Assembly: GCA_964606125.1 (NCBI GenBank)
Contig: CAZSFJ010000002.1
Location: 1 to 48,221 of the forward strand
Direction: 5' to 3'
Origin: an uncultured Dehalococcoidaceae bacterium
Lineage (GTDB): Bacteria; Chloroflexota; Dehalococcoidia; UBA2979
Length of the DNA stretch: 48,221 nucleotides
The stretch's first letter is position 1; the number at the start of each line of letters is the position of its first letter. A program made the position numbers and the translations under genes. Positions 1 through 8,903 of the stretch are shown here, piece after piece. The notes under the pieces are model-generated. The model saw nothing but the letters and a program-made list of their open reading frames with translations. It made no database searches and was not told where the DNA came from.

Positions 1-17
1 AATACGACGATCTCATT

Positions 18-968
18 TTGAATGCGGTTCGCCCGTTGGTCACTCGCGAACTAATTCTTTGTGGAATTCTTATAACTCTTCAAAACACATCATTTATCGG
101 CTCAGTAATCACGCAAGCGGGGACGAGCCTCGCTCAGGCGTCAATGATCGTTGTCGCAATAATCGGTGTGCAACAACTCATTACCAATCTCATTGAAGAG
201 TTTGCAACCAAACCACAATCAGGACCAGACGAAGATTTTCAAGTGTCGGACTTGATCGATGCCAAAGTTCTTCCATTTTGGCGTCGAGTATTCAATGTCC
301 TCATTGTTTCGTTTGGAGCACTATTCGTGTTTCAGGCTATCGGGGTTCAAATTTCGCCGTTGCTCGCTGGTCTTGGAATTGGTGGGCTGGCAGTCGCATT
401 AGCAATACAACCACTTCTTTCAAATGTTATCGCTTCTTCGTTTATGCTCTCTGATTCCTCCGTACGTGTAGGTGACCTCATCGAAATTGAAGGAGGAATC
501 TTTGGAACCGTAGACGACATCGGTTGGCGGGCAACAAGAGTGAGAACATTCGACAACAATATCGTGATGATCCCAAATGCTACTCTATCGAATTCAACTG
601 TCACTAACTTCGACAGTACTGATCGCGCCGCGGATGCACGACTGATGGTTGGAGTAGCCTATGAGGTTGATCTCGAGCACGTAGAGTCTGTATGCCAAAG
701 TATCCTCAAAGAAATTCAACAAGACTTCCCTGATATCACCGTGAGGGATCGTGATCCAGTTGTCCTCTTCACCGCGTTCGGTGACTCAAATATCGATATT
801 CTTCTAAAAATACGCGCAAAAACACTTGCTGACTCATACACCATTAAACACGAACTAGTAAAACGCACTCATGGTCGATTCAATAAAGAAGGAATCGTCA
901 TCAATTACCCAGCTAGGCGTTTGATACTAGAAGAAGGTGATACCAGCGGGCTCGCGAGACCCGTATGA
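18..968 (+). CDS. Mechanosensitive ion channel, MscS family (5' end possibly cut by the window edge)
   Basis: 316-aa ORF with N-terminal TM helices and the MscS beta-domain signature GDLIEIEGGIFGTVDDIGWRATRVRTFDNNIVMIPNATL. The frame is stop-free from nt 3; the first start candidate is TTG at 18. Confidence 0.8.
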   Translation: MNAVRPLVTRELILCGILITLQNTSFIGSVITQAGTSLAQASMIVVAIIGVQQLITNLIEEFATKPQSGPDEDFQVSDLIDAKVLPFWRRVFNVLIVSFGALFVFQAIGVQISPLLAGLGIGGLAVALAIQPLLSNVIASSFMLSDSSVRVGDLIEIEGGIFGTVDDIGWRATRVRTFDNNIVMIPNATLSNSTVTNFDSTDRAADARLMVGVAYEVDLEHVESVCQSILKEIQQDFPDITVRDRDPVVLFTAFGDSNIDILLKIRAKTLADSYTIKHELVKRTHGRFNKEGIVINYPARRLILEEGDTSGLARPV

Positions 969-975
969 AAAGCCA

Positions 976-1479
976 ATGAAACGTAACTGGAGAGATTTGC
1001 TTTCCCTCGATGACTCGCAGTTGCTCAAGCTTTGCAAGGTATCTACTCTGCGACGTCCCGGTCCAGGAGGCCAAAAAAAGAATGTGACGGATTCTGCGGT
1101 GCGACTCAGATTGACCGGTGAAAATATCGAAGCGACTGCTGGAGAGTCACGCTCACAGCACACCAATAAAGCAAGCGCTCTAAATCGAATGCGGTTAGAA
1201 ATAGGCCTTAATCTCAGAGCTGTTGTCGAGGATGATTTTATTTTGAATCTCAAATCTCTCAACTACCTGACTAGTAATGCTAAGAATAAAAACTATCCCG
1301 AAATAATTGCACTGATTTTCGATTATCTGGCGGAGAACAATTGGGATCCAAGATTACTAGCCAAAGAAATGAATATCGGGCAAAAAGCCGTGCTGAAGAT
1401 TATAGAAAAGGACCGTCGGGCGATCAGAGCCTTGACCGAGGCGAAACAGACGAGTAGTCTTCGTCATTCACGAAAGTGA
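976..1479 (+). CDS. GGQ-motif RF-1 domain protein (ArfB / peptidyl-tRNA hydrolase-like) with an atypical C-terminal domain
   Basis: RRPGPGGQKKNVTDSAVRLRL...ESRSQHTNKASAL matches the GGQ core of class-I release factor domain 3 / ArfB. ATG 976 is preferred over GTG 937, which would overlap the MscS gene by 32 nt. Confidence 0.65.
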   Translation: MKRNWRDLLSLDDSQLLKLCKVSTLRRPGPGGQKKNVTDSAVRLRLTGENIEATAGESRSQHTNKASALNRMRLEIGLNLRAVVEDDFILNLKSLNYLTSNAKNKNYPEIIALIFDYLAENNWDPRLLAKEMNIGQKAVLKIIEKDRRAIRALTEAKQTSSLRHSRK

Positions 1480-1523
1480 ATTAACGACTTCCTATAAGAG
1501 CGTTATTCGACGGGACACAAACT

Positions 1524-2585
1524 ATGCCTAAAGTTCAAGTAATTGGCGCCACCGGCTACGGAGGACTTGGAATCCTCGAATTACTCACTGCCCATCCTGA
1601 GTTTGAAATAACAGGATTGGTTGCCCGTGATATCAGATCTGGCAGGAGTGTCTCCGATGTCTACCCTCACCTCAAGGGACGCTGCGAGCTGCCTATCGCC
1701 ACTATTGATGAAATCACAGTGGGTGACAACGCCGATATAGTTGTGTTTTCGACACCAGACGGTGTCTCCCAACAATATGCAAAATCTCTGAACGAGGCTG
1801 AAATCCGATTCATTGACTACTCCGGAGATTTTCGGTTCAAATCAGAAGCTGATTACGGTAAATATGCGGCTAAGCATCCATCGATTCGGGACCACGCACA
1901 TTTGGTTCCAGAACTTCTACCGCAAGCGGCATATGGAGTATCAGAACTGAATATGGACTCCCTGGGACAGGCTGATATTGTGGGAAACCCGGGCTGTTTT
2001 GCAATCGGCATAATACTGGGACTCGCCCCCCTATTTGATCTGAATATAGTGGAAAATAACCTAGCACTAGTCGACGGGCTCACTGGGTCATCGGGGGCCG
2101 GAAAAAAACCGGCTCCCCTGCAGCATTTCTCTCATCTTAACGACAATGTTGTCCCGTATCGCGTAATGAACCACCAACACACTGTGGAAGCCGAAATAGT
2201 ACTCGGTGGCCTCAACGGAACAAAACCAGCAACGGTGGAATTCATTCCTCATCTTCTTGGTACAACCAGAGGCATTTTGAACACTATGCACGTCAATTTA
2301 AATCGAAAATTCACACGAGAGAACCTGCTAGAAATTTTTGATGATTTTTATAGCGACCACCATTTCGTTCGGGTGTTGGACACGGCCCCAACTCTTAAAG
2401 ACACGCTTGCCTCGAACTACTGTGACATATCGGCATTCGTTTCTGAGGATCAATCTCGTGCTGTTATAATCAGCAGTATCGATAATCTAATGAAAGGCCA
2501 GTCTGGTTCTGCCCTACAAAATATGAATGTAATGTTCGGATTCGATTCCACACTGGGACTAGAGCGGGGCCCATTGTATCCCTAG
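1524..2585 (+). CDS. argC: N-acetyl-gamma-glutamyl-phosphate reductase
   Basis: N-terminal Rossmann motif VIGATGYGG, active-site region GNPGCFAIG, and 353 aa length are typical of ArgC. Confidence 0.88.
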   Translation: MPKVQVIGATGYGGLGILELLTAHPEFEITGLVARDIRSGRSVSDVYPHLKGRCELPIATIDEITVGDNADIVVFSTPDGVSQQYAKSLNEAEIRFIDYSGDFRFKSEADYGKYAAKHPSIRDHAHLVPELLPQAAYGVSELNMDSLGQADIVGNPGCFAIGIILGLAPLFDLNIVENNLALVDGLTGSSGAGKKPAPLQHFSHLNDNVVPYRVMNHQHTVEAEIVLGGLNGTKPATVEFIPHLLGTTRGILNTMHVNLNRKFTRENLLEIFDDFYSDHHFVRVLDTAPTLKDTLASNYCDISAFVSEDQSRAVIISSIDNLMKGQSGSALQNMNVMFGFDSTLGLERGPLYP

Positions 2586-2656
2586 GAAATCGCCCCCAGA
2601 CGCCGCGGTGATTAAATTTCGACTCAGTGAAAACATTCAACCGGTAGGATAAGTAG

Positions 2657-4084
2657 ATGGTTCTACCTCCACAATTCGACCAGCCGCCAGGTGAATTCGC
2701 GAAACGAATAGATTCCGCCATAGATGTGGGACAAAACAAGCTGTTTCGAGTACTCTGGTTCATACTGCCTCCTCAATCAATCGCACGGGATATTCGATTC
2801 CAAGCTCTAATCGTCTCTAGATTTTTATGCGATCTTGCTCTCCAAGCGTTACTATTCTCCGCCCTTATTTTTTCAGCTCAAAATGGCGGTACCGATGGCG
2901 ACGCTGCATTTATAGGTGTGAGTTTCCTGATACCAGGGGTTCTGCTTGGGCTGTGGGGTGGAGCGGTGGCAGATGCCTTTCCAAAACAAGCGGTCCTGGT
3001 TGCAGGCTATGTCGCTATGGGTGGTTTGTGTCTATTGCTCCCTCTGATATTTGGGATGACTTCGACAACTTTGCTAGCTGCCCTATTCACTGTCAGGATT
3101 TTACATCAAGTGACACAACCCGCAGAAGCGTCGGCAGCACCCTTAGTTGCCGATAGCGAGGAGTTAGCCTCTGCCAACTCATTCTTGCATCTAAGTTCAT
3201 CCGCTGGAGAAGTATTAGGAAAAGCACTACTGGCTCCAATCATGGTGAGTATCTGGGGAATAACCCCCGTTGGAATACTAGCCGGTGTGCTGTTTATTCT
3301 TTCGGGGATTCGCGTAGCTAAATTCAGACCCACACAACACTTGAATGCGCCGGGTATTCCAACTGCACCTACGGATCGTTTCTCCCGCACCTCACTTCAA
3401 GTATCAGAAAATGAAAAGCCTAGACTTCGACACGTTTTGGTATGGCTTTTAAATGAAAAAGAAACTTTTATAATGCTACTTCTAGCAGCAATGGCGTCGA
3501 CTATTGGAGTCGTACTGACGGTGCTGGCACCCCGTTATGTCTTGGCAATTCTAAATATCTCACCCCAGTACGCATTTTATGTTTTTGCTCCTGCCGCCGT
3601 CGGATTTGGGTTTGGAATGCTTGCCGTGCCTTTTCTTATAAACAACACGTCAGAAAAAATAGCTGGATTCATCGGCTTTGTTTTAGTAGCCGTGTCTGTC
3701 TCGTTGATAGGTCAAATAGTGCCGGTTTCCCAATTTCTACGACCGCTACTCTTACTTGATCTTGCAAATATTAATGATCTCACTCAGGCAGCAGGTATGC
3801 TTTCCTTTTTTACCGGTCTAGGTATTACACTCGCCGCTGCTGCCACTCAAACTTATATCGGAAAATATGTCCCTTATACAATCCATGGACGCGTCTTTGC
3901 CTTGCTCGGCGTCTTAAAGGATGGACTCGCAATCCCGCAGTTAGTAGCTATAGGTGTGATCACCGATCTTGTAGGTGTTGAAACTGTACTGACTGTCGCG
4001 CCGTTCGGCATAATTTTTATAGCCGGAGGGCTACTCTTACTCTCTAGCAGATATGGGAGTGAGTCTCCTCACGCCGGACAATAA
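2657..4084 (+). CDS. MFS-type transporter
   Basis: 475-aa polytopic membrane protein with about 12 hydrophobic segments and MFS-like organisation. Substrate is unknown. Confidence 0.7.
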   Translation: MVLPPQFDQPPGEFAKRIDSAIDVGQNKLFRVLWFILPPQSIARDIRFQALIVSRFLCDLALQALLFSALIFSAQNGGTDGDAAFIGVSFLIPGVLLGLWGGAVADAFPKQAVLVAGYVAMGGLCLLLPLIFGMTSTTLLAALFTVRILHQVTQPAEASAAPLVADSEELASANSFLHLSSSAGEVLGKALLAPIMVSIWGITPVGILAGVLFILSGIRVAKFRPTQHLNAPGIPTAPTDRFSRTSLQVSENEKPRLRHVLVWLLNEKETFIMLLLAAMASTIGVVLTVLAPRYVLAILNISPQYAFYVFAPAAVGFGFGMLAVPFLINNTSEKIAGFIGFVLVAVSVSLIGQIVPVSQFLRPLLLLDLANINDLTQAAGMLSFFTGLGITLAAAATQTYIGKYVPYTIHGRVFALLGVLKDGLAIPQLVAIGVITDLVGVETVLTVAPFGIIFIAGGLLLLSSRYGSESPHAGQ

Positions 4085-4134
4085 TCACTTAATATCCTGA
4101 TTAGAAGGTTATTGCGGGAGACCGTGTTCAAACT

Positions 4135-5673
4135 ATGACTGACTCAAATTCGGCGCTACGTTCAGGCATAACCAAAAACAGCATTATTTATTATGGTTAC
4201 TGGATAACTCTTGCGGCCTTCTTCGCCCAACTCATCTCGGTCGGCACGCAGAATGGTGTCACAAGCACCATGCTTGACGCGATGAGTGACGACTTTGGTT
4301 GGGAGCGGTCGGAGTTCCTCTTAGGACAAACAGGATCGCGAGTTACCATGGCTTTGGTCGGTTTTGTAGTAGGTGCGTGGATAGATCGCTGGGGCGGGCG
4401 ACCACTGATGGTAATTGGCATGACCATCGTAGGAGCCTCGATGTTCCTAACAAGCGCGATACAGGAATTTTCCATAGCAGGCATTACCATCTCGCCATTA
4501 GCACAATGGTTAGTTCTACGGTCGGTTACGTTCACTATCGGCGCTGCGATGATCGGGAACCTCGTGGTAAACGTCACCTTGGCTAAATGGTGGGTCGAAC
4601 GAAGAGGCTTGATGGTTGCAATAGCGGCAACCGGCGTGTCGATGGCTGGTGTGATCTATCCCATACTGACAGCTATCGTCATCGAAGGATGGGGATGGCG
4701 CGAGGCATGGCAAGTACATGCTGTCATCGCGTGGATAGTCGTGTACGGCGCCGCGATGGTGATGCGCAGGCAACCTGAGGACTATGGACTCCATCCCGAC
4801 AATAGGACAGCTGAGGAGATGCAGGCGACCCGAGGGAGGGCGGTAAGAGAGGATTTTGAAAACTCCTTAACTCGCAGCGAAGCACTTCGCACTTGGTCTC
4901 TGTATCTGCTCGTGCTAACTTTTGGAACTGCTGGCATAGGGATTGTCATAGCGCTCTCACTATTGGTACCGCTTGCCACTGACGCTGGATACTCGCTGAT
5001 TGTCGCAGCCTCACTTTCAGCCACAATGTCTCTATGGGCTGCCATCTCCAAGCCGTTTTGGGGTTACACAATTGATCACTACGACGCAAAAAAACTCGCG
5101 ACCATCGGCTTTAGTATCGCTGGGATCGGATTCCTTGTAGTGGCACTCGCAAGCCAAATGCCTGACCAGCCTACAGTTAGGTATCCTGTGGAATTCTGGA
5201 AATTCAATGGCGAACTCCCATTGATATTTCTCGTAGGTTGCACACTCATCGGTTTCGGGTTTGGAGGGCAGATTCCACTTCAAGAGACTATTTGGGGATC
5301 CTTCTTTGGACGAAGATACTTAGGAGCAGTGCGCAGCGTAGGGATGCCATTTTCAATTATTTTTGGGGCCATAGCTGTTCCCGGGGCTGCTCTCTGGGGG
5401 GAGATGAGCGGAGATCTTTCGGCTCCATTCATGGCTACTGCGGTGTGTTGGTTCGCTGGAGCTATATTGGTCTTATTCATTCCTAAGCCCAAGAAAAAAT
5501 ATTCGGAGAGTTCGCCAGAACTACCTGACACCGCAATGCGAGAAGGGTACTCGCAGCCAATAAATAAGTCTCTCCTCTCCGAAACTCCTGGACAAAACAA
5601 CTCACCACACAGGCATTTCCGACTACATTCAAATCGGTCAAAAAGAAGTAAATATATGACCGACAAAGATTGA
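4135..5673 (+). CDS. MFS-type transporter with a hydrophilic C-terminal tail
   Basis: 512-aa polytopic membrane protein with a central cytoplasmic loop (RRQPEDYGLHPDNRTAEE...) typical of MFS / oxalate-formate-antiporter-like carriers. It ends in a polar tail of about 60 aa. Confidence 0.7.
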   Translation: MTDSNSALRSGITKNSIIYYGYWITLAAFFAQLISVGTQNGVTSTMLDAMSDDFGWERSEFLLGQTGSRVTMALVGFVVGAWIDRWGGRPLMVIGMTIVGASMFLTSAIQEFSIAGITISPLAQWLVLRSVTFTIGAAMIGNLVVNVTLAKWWVERRGLMVAIAATGVSMAGVIYPILTAIVIEGWGWREAWQVHAVIAWIVVYGAAMVMRRQPEDYGLHPDNRTAEEMQATRGRAVREDFENSLTRSEALRTWSLYLLVLTFGTAGIGIVIALSLLVPLATDAGYSLIVAASLSATMSLWAAISKPFWGYTIDHYDAKKLATIGFSIAGIGFLVVALASQMPDQPTVRYPVEFWKFNGELPLIFLVGCTLIGFGFGGQIPLQETIWGSFFGRRYLGAVRSVGMPFSIIFGAIAVPGAALWGEMSGDLSAPFMATAVCWFAGAILVLFIPKPKKKYSESSPELPDTAMREGYSQPINKSLLSETPGQNNSPHRHFRLHSNRSKRSKYMTDKD

Positions 5674-5749
5674 AGGGTGTTCGGATTGGCCTAAAATGAT
5701 TAGACTCTTCCCAGAGATACATAACTAGAGAGCTGGAGCAGATAACAAC

Positions 5750-6223
5750 ATGCCAAGTCGACGCAATGCAATTGAACTATCCACTGATGAAATTCGTGAG
5801 ATGCTTATGCACGAGCGAGTACTGCAAGTAGCCAGCATCAACCCTGATGGAACCCCACACTTGGCGCCGATGTGGTTCGTAGTAGACGAAGATGGTTCGA
5901 TTTCGTTCACCACCTATGGGAAATCCCAAAAAATCATGAACCTAGAACGAGACGCTCGAATCACCGTTGTAACGGACTCAGGTCACGAGTACAACGAGAT
6001 AAAGGGGGTCTCGATAGATGGCACCGCCGAGGTGATCAGAGAACCAGCACACACCGCAAAAATAATGCGTTTGATTGGCCTCAAACATTCAGATCAGTTG
6101 GATTCAAAAAGTGGCAGCACATCGAACGATGAATCGGCTGAGCTGCCACCTGCCGCTTATAAGCGAGTTGTAGTGAAGATTACTCCGGCACGCTATCGTT
6201 CTTGGGATCACGGAAAAATCTAG
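5750..6223 (+). CDS. Pyridoxamine 5'-phosphate oxidase (PPOX) family flavin/deazaflavin-binding protein
   Basis: 157 aa. LQVASINPDGTPHLAPMWFVVDEDGSISFTTYGKSQKIMNLERDARITV resembles the split-barrel PPOX/F420-dependent family. Confidence 0.65.
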   Translation: MPSRRNAIELSTDEIREMLMHERVLQVASINPDGTPHLAPMWFVVDEDGSISFTTYGKSQKIMNLERDARITVVTDSGHEYNEIKGVSIDGTAEVIREPAHTAKIMRLIGLKHSDQLDSKSGSTSNDESAELPPAAYKRVVVKITPARYRSWDHGKI

Positions 6224-6332
6224 TAACGATCTCGACTTACCAGTTCTTTCACCTCGAGCCAGTCGCAAGTTCCAGCACCTATCGTTACAATCTGACGGTA
6301 CATGCAATTGAAACGGCCAGAAAGGGGTACAT

Positions 6333-6851
6333 ATGGCAGTGGATAAATTTCCGGTGGAAGCCGGTCACATAATGATGTTTGCTCGATCCGTCGGCGACAA
6401 GAATCCGATTTACTCAGACGAAGAATATGCTAAGACGACTGAGGCGGGCGGTATTATCGCACCTCCAACATTCGTCCAGGCATCTTCCCAGTACGATCCG
6501 GATGCGTCACTACGGCCTAAGATAGGTGAAAAATGGTTTGGCTCTGGCTCAAAACCTTCTGGATCCAACGCACCTCCAGAAGAAGATTTGCAAGGGGACG
6601 CAGGCGGAACAAGTGGTGGTGGGACAGGTTTGCACGGCGGCCAGCACTACGTGTATCACAGGAATGTAAGCCCAGGTGATGTTTTGACACCCACTAACCG
6701 TCCAGGTGAACGCTGGGAAAGAGAAAGTAAACGAGCAGGGAAACTTATTTTCACAGAATCAATCACCGAATATCGGGACCAGACTGGTGAATTAGTAGTG
6801 ACCGCGCGCTCAGTTGGGATACAGACTGAGCGAGTTGTGGACCAAGGTTAA
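6333..6851 (+). CDS. MaoC-like dehydratase N-terminal-type subunit (HadA/HadC-like, non-catalytic hotdog)
   Basis: FPVEAGHIMMFARSVGDKNPIYSDEEYA...IAPPTF resembles the FAS1-like/MaoC_dehydrat_N domain and lacks the hydratase-2 motif. It contains a Gly/Ser-rich insertion (SGSKPSGSNAPPEEDLQGDAGGTSGGGTGLHGG). Confidence 0.7.
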   Translation: MAVDKFPVEAGHIMMFARSVGDKNPIYSDEEYAKTTEAGGIIAPPTFVQASSQYDPDASLRPKIGEKWFGSGSKPSGSNAPPEEDLQGDAGGTSGGGTGLHGGQHYVYHRNVSPGDVLTPTNRPGERWERESKRAGKLIFTESITEYRDQTGELVVTARSVGIQTERVVDQG

Positions 6852-6869
6852 GAAACGGGAGAAAACGAA

Positions 6870-7289
6870 ATGTCATTACAAGCAGGAAATCTAAACGTAG
6901 GCGATGAGCACTCGGAAGTGATTGTTCATGACCTCTCGAGAACACAGTTAGTTCAGTATGCAGGCACATCAGGTGACTACAACCCACTCCATACCGATGA
7001 ACCGTTTGCGAAGGAAGTTGGGGGTTATCCAACAGTTTTTGCGCACGGCATGCTCACTATGGGTATGACTGGGAAAATGCTCACTAATTGGGTTGGTGAT
7101 GGACGACTAAAAACATTTGGTCTCGACTTCCGTTCTCAAGTGTGGCCAGGTGACACTTTGACGGCAACGGCAATTGTGACTGAAATAACTGAGGAGGATG
7201 GTGACCAGGTCGTTAAGGCTGATGTCACTACCAGTAATCAGAATGGACAAGTAGTAGCAATTGGGTATGCGTCAGCAAAAATTGATTGA
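6870..7289 (+). CDS. MaoC family (R)-specific dehydratase, HadB-like catalytic subunit
   Basis: Hydratase-2 motif YAGTSGDYNPLHTDEPFA followed by FAHGMLTMG. At 139 aa it is the same size class as mycobacterial HadB. Confidence 0.8.
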   Translation: MSLQAGNLNVGDEHSEVIVHDLSRTQLVQYAGTSGDYNPLHTDEPFAKEVGGYPTVFAHGMLTMGMTGKMLTNWVGDGRLKTFGLDFRSQVWPGDTLTATAIVTEITEEDGDQVVKADVTTSNQNGQVVAIGYASAKID

Positions 7290-7317
7290 TCCCACTTGAC
7301 AACTTTGGTAATACAAA

Positions 7318-7344
7318 CAGGGGAAGGCACGTTCTCTTCCCCTG
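7318..7344. terminator. GC-rich hairpin, probable bidirectional intrinsic terminator between convergent genes
   Basis: CAGGGGAAG (7318-7326) pairs perfectly with CTTCCCCTG (7336-7344) across a 9-nt loop. It is followed by CTTTATTACT on the + strand and TTTGTATTACC on the - strand. Confidence 0.6.
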
Positions 7345-7485
7345 CTTTATTACTCATCCGCAAATGAAATATATACACTCGGTTCGAATAAATCGCTCAA
7401 CTCCATAAAGTAATATCAGTCCCCCAGCCACCGACCACCATTTCCAGTAAAATTTCCCTGGGTCCTCAAGCAACTGTACTTCCAT

Positions 7486-8352
7486 TCATTGGATAAACTT
7501 TTCGATTTGATCAATAACAAATTCCAGATTGTCATGATGAGCATGGTGCCCGGCATCTGGGACAACCGCGCTCGTCGAATTCTTAAAATATGAATCAATA
7601 GGTCTCCCGATAAACTCTGTGCGGGTGTATCCGGATTTCTCTCCTGACAAATGTAAAATAGGACAAGCTATTTCAGACCAAAGTGCAGGCATTTCCTCTG
7701 CTTGCAGCTCTGTAGGAGTTCGACCGCGGGCACGGGGATCAAATTTCCATCGGAATCCGTCGTCTTCCTTCACGGTTCCCCACCGCGCCAAGTGCGTTGC
7801 CTGTTCACGAGTAAGATATTTATTACCAGACATCATCCTATCCACGGTCTCAGAAAAATTTCCGTATTTCTTCACGACTTGCGTCTCTATTCGTTGGTAA
7901 CTCGCGGCCCAATTCCGCAGAGTCTCTGGAGTACTATCCCCTGTACCATCTTTCGAGTCCTCTAAGCGAGCGCCAGCCCCTTCGATATCTACAATTTTCT
8001 CGAATATATTTGGAAAAATACTGGCCGTGAGTAAGGCAATCGATCCACCAAAAGAATGACCCACAATAACCGGTGGAGTCGGCAATAAATCGACGAATTT
8101 CGAAATATCAAGAACATGATCAATTGTTGCGTAGTACGAACCGTCAGCCCAATCTGAGTCCCCATGACCTCTGAGATCTGGTGCGAAGACAGAAAATTTA
8201 GAGGCAAAATGCTGGGCTATAGCATCCCAAGTCCGAGAGTGATCTCGTCCACCATGTAGCAAAATGAGTGGGCTATTCTTTTCGTCACCCCACACCCAGT
8301 ACGAAAGCCTTAGACGCTGAGAAAAATAGAAACGCTGCCAAGGTTCTGACAT
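7486..8352 (-). CDS. Alpha/beta-fold hydrolase
   Basis: 288 aa with oxyanion-region LLHGGRDHSRTWD and nucleophile elbow GHSFGG. Confidence 0.8.
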   Translation of the reverse strand: MSEPWQRFYFSQRLRLSYWVWGDEKNSPLILLHGGRDHSRTWDAIAQHFASKFSVFAPDLRGHGDSDWADGSYYATIDHVLDISKFVDLLPTPPVIVGHSFGGSIALLTASIFPNIFEKIVDIEGAGARLEDSKDGTGDSTPETLRNWAASYQRIETQVVKKYGNFSETVDRMMSGNKYLTREQATHLARWGTVKEDDGFRWKFDPRARGRTPTELQAEEMPALWSEIACPILHLSGEKSGYTRTEFIGRPIDSYFKNSTSAVVPDAGHHAHHDNLEFVIDQIEKFIQ

Positions 8353-8376
8353 AAATATGGCCTGAGAAATGAGGAA

Positions 8377-8814
8377 CTATTCCTCTCGTCCGGGCCCTTC
8401 ACCTTCTAATTCAACTTTGACTTTTGTTGCAGCCGCAATTCTCTGAGTGGCTGCTTCTTCTTCAGCCGCGGCAGCAGCCTCGTCCTTTTTCCTTTGTTCG
8501 CCGTAACAATCAGAACAAAGTACCGGTCTGTCATCGCGTGGCCGGAACGGGACTTCGGTAAGCTTCTTGCACTGTCCGCACTCAGCCACAAATAGCTGTC
8601 GAGGAGTTCTACCTCCGTAGGACGCGTACACGCCGTAACGTGGAGTATCGTTCGACTCTAGCCCGCTAGATGATTTCCGTTGCTGCCGACAATTCGGGCA
8701 CCGAACAGGATCGTGTTCAAGTCCTTTACTAGCGTAGAATTCCTGCTCGCCTGAAGTGAACACAAATTCATCCGGACAGTCCCGGCACTGTAGCTTCCTA
8801 TCTGTAAAGGCCAT
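8377..8814 (-). CDS. Double zinc-ribbon protein (CxxC-x17-CxxC type)
   Basis: CRDCPDEFVFTSGEQEFYASKGLEHDPVRCPNCR and CGQCKKLTEVPFRPRDDRPVLCSDCY are two zinc-ribbon units. ATG 8814, preceded by GGGGGAAGT, is preferred over GTG 8829. Confidence 0.7.
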   Translation of the reverse strand: MAFTDRKLQCRDCPDEFVFTSGEQEFYASKGLEHDPVRCPNCRQQRKSSSGLESNDTPRYGVYASYGGRTPRQLFVAECGQCKKLTEVPFRPRDDRPVLCSDCYGEQRKKDEAAAAAEEEAATQRIAAATKVKVELEGEGPGREE

Positions 8815-8903
8815 ACTTCCCCCAAACACGCGGACACTTAATCAACGGCGATATAAGCGAAGCGGTTATGATCTAAGTCGCGTTAACGAACAGGATAATG
8901 CTA

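Noticed and set aside
937-975. The GTG 937 start of the GGQ protein, which overlaps the MscS gene by 32 nt.
   Set aside because: The in-frame ATG at 976 lies just after the MscS stop and removes the overlap. The extra 13 residues (MIPAGSRDPYEKP) carry no recognisable feature.
6849-6872. The HadA-like and HadB-like ORFs are in the same frame, separated by a single TAA. This could indicate a split or pseudogenised double-hotdog gene, or readthrough.
   Set aside because: The spacer carries an SD (GGGAG) and a proper ATG, and two-gene Had-type arrangements are the norm. There is no evidence of disruption.
7376-7400. GGTTCGAAT, identical to a tRNA T-loop consensus, in the 196-nt gap after the Had-like genes.
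   Set aside because: The flanking bases (CACTC / AAATC) cannot form a T-stem, and no acceptor or anticodon arms can be drawn. It is not a tRNA.
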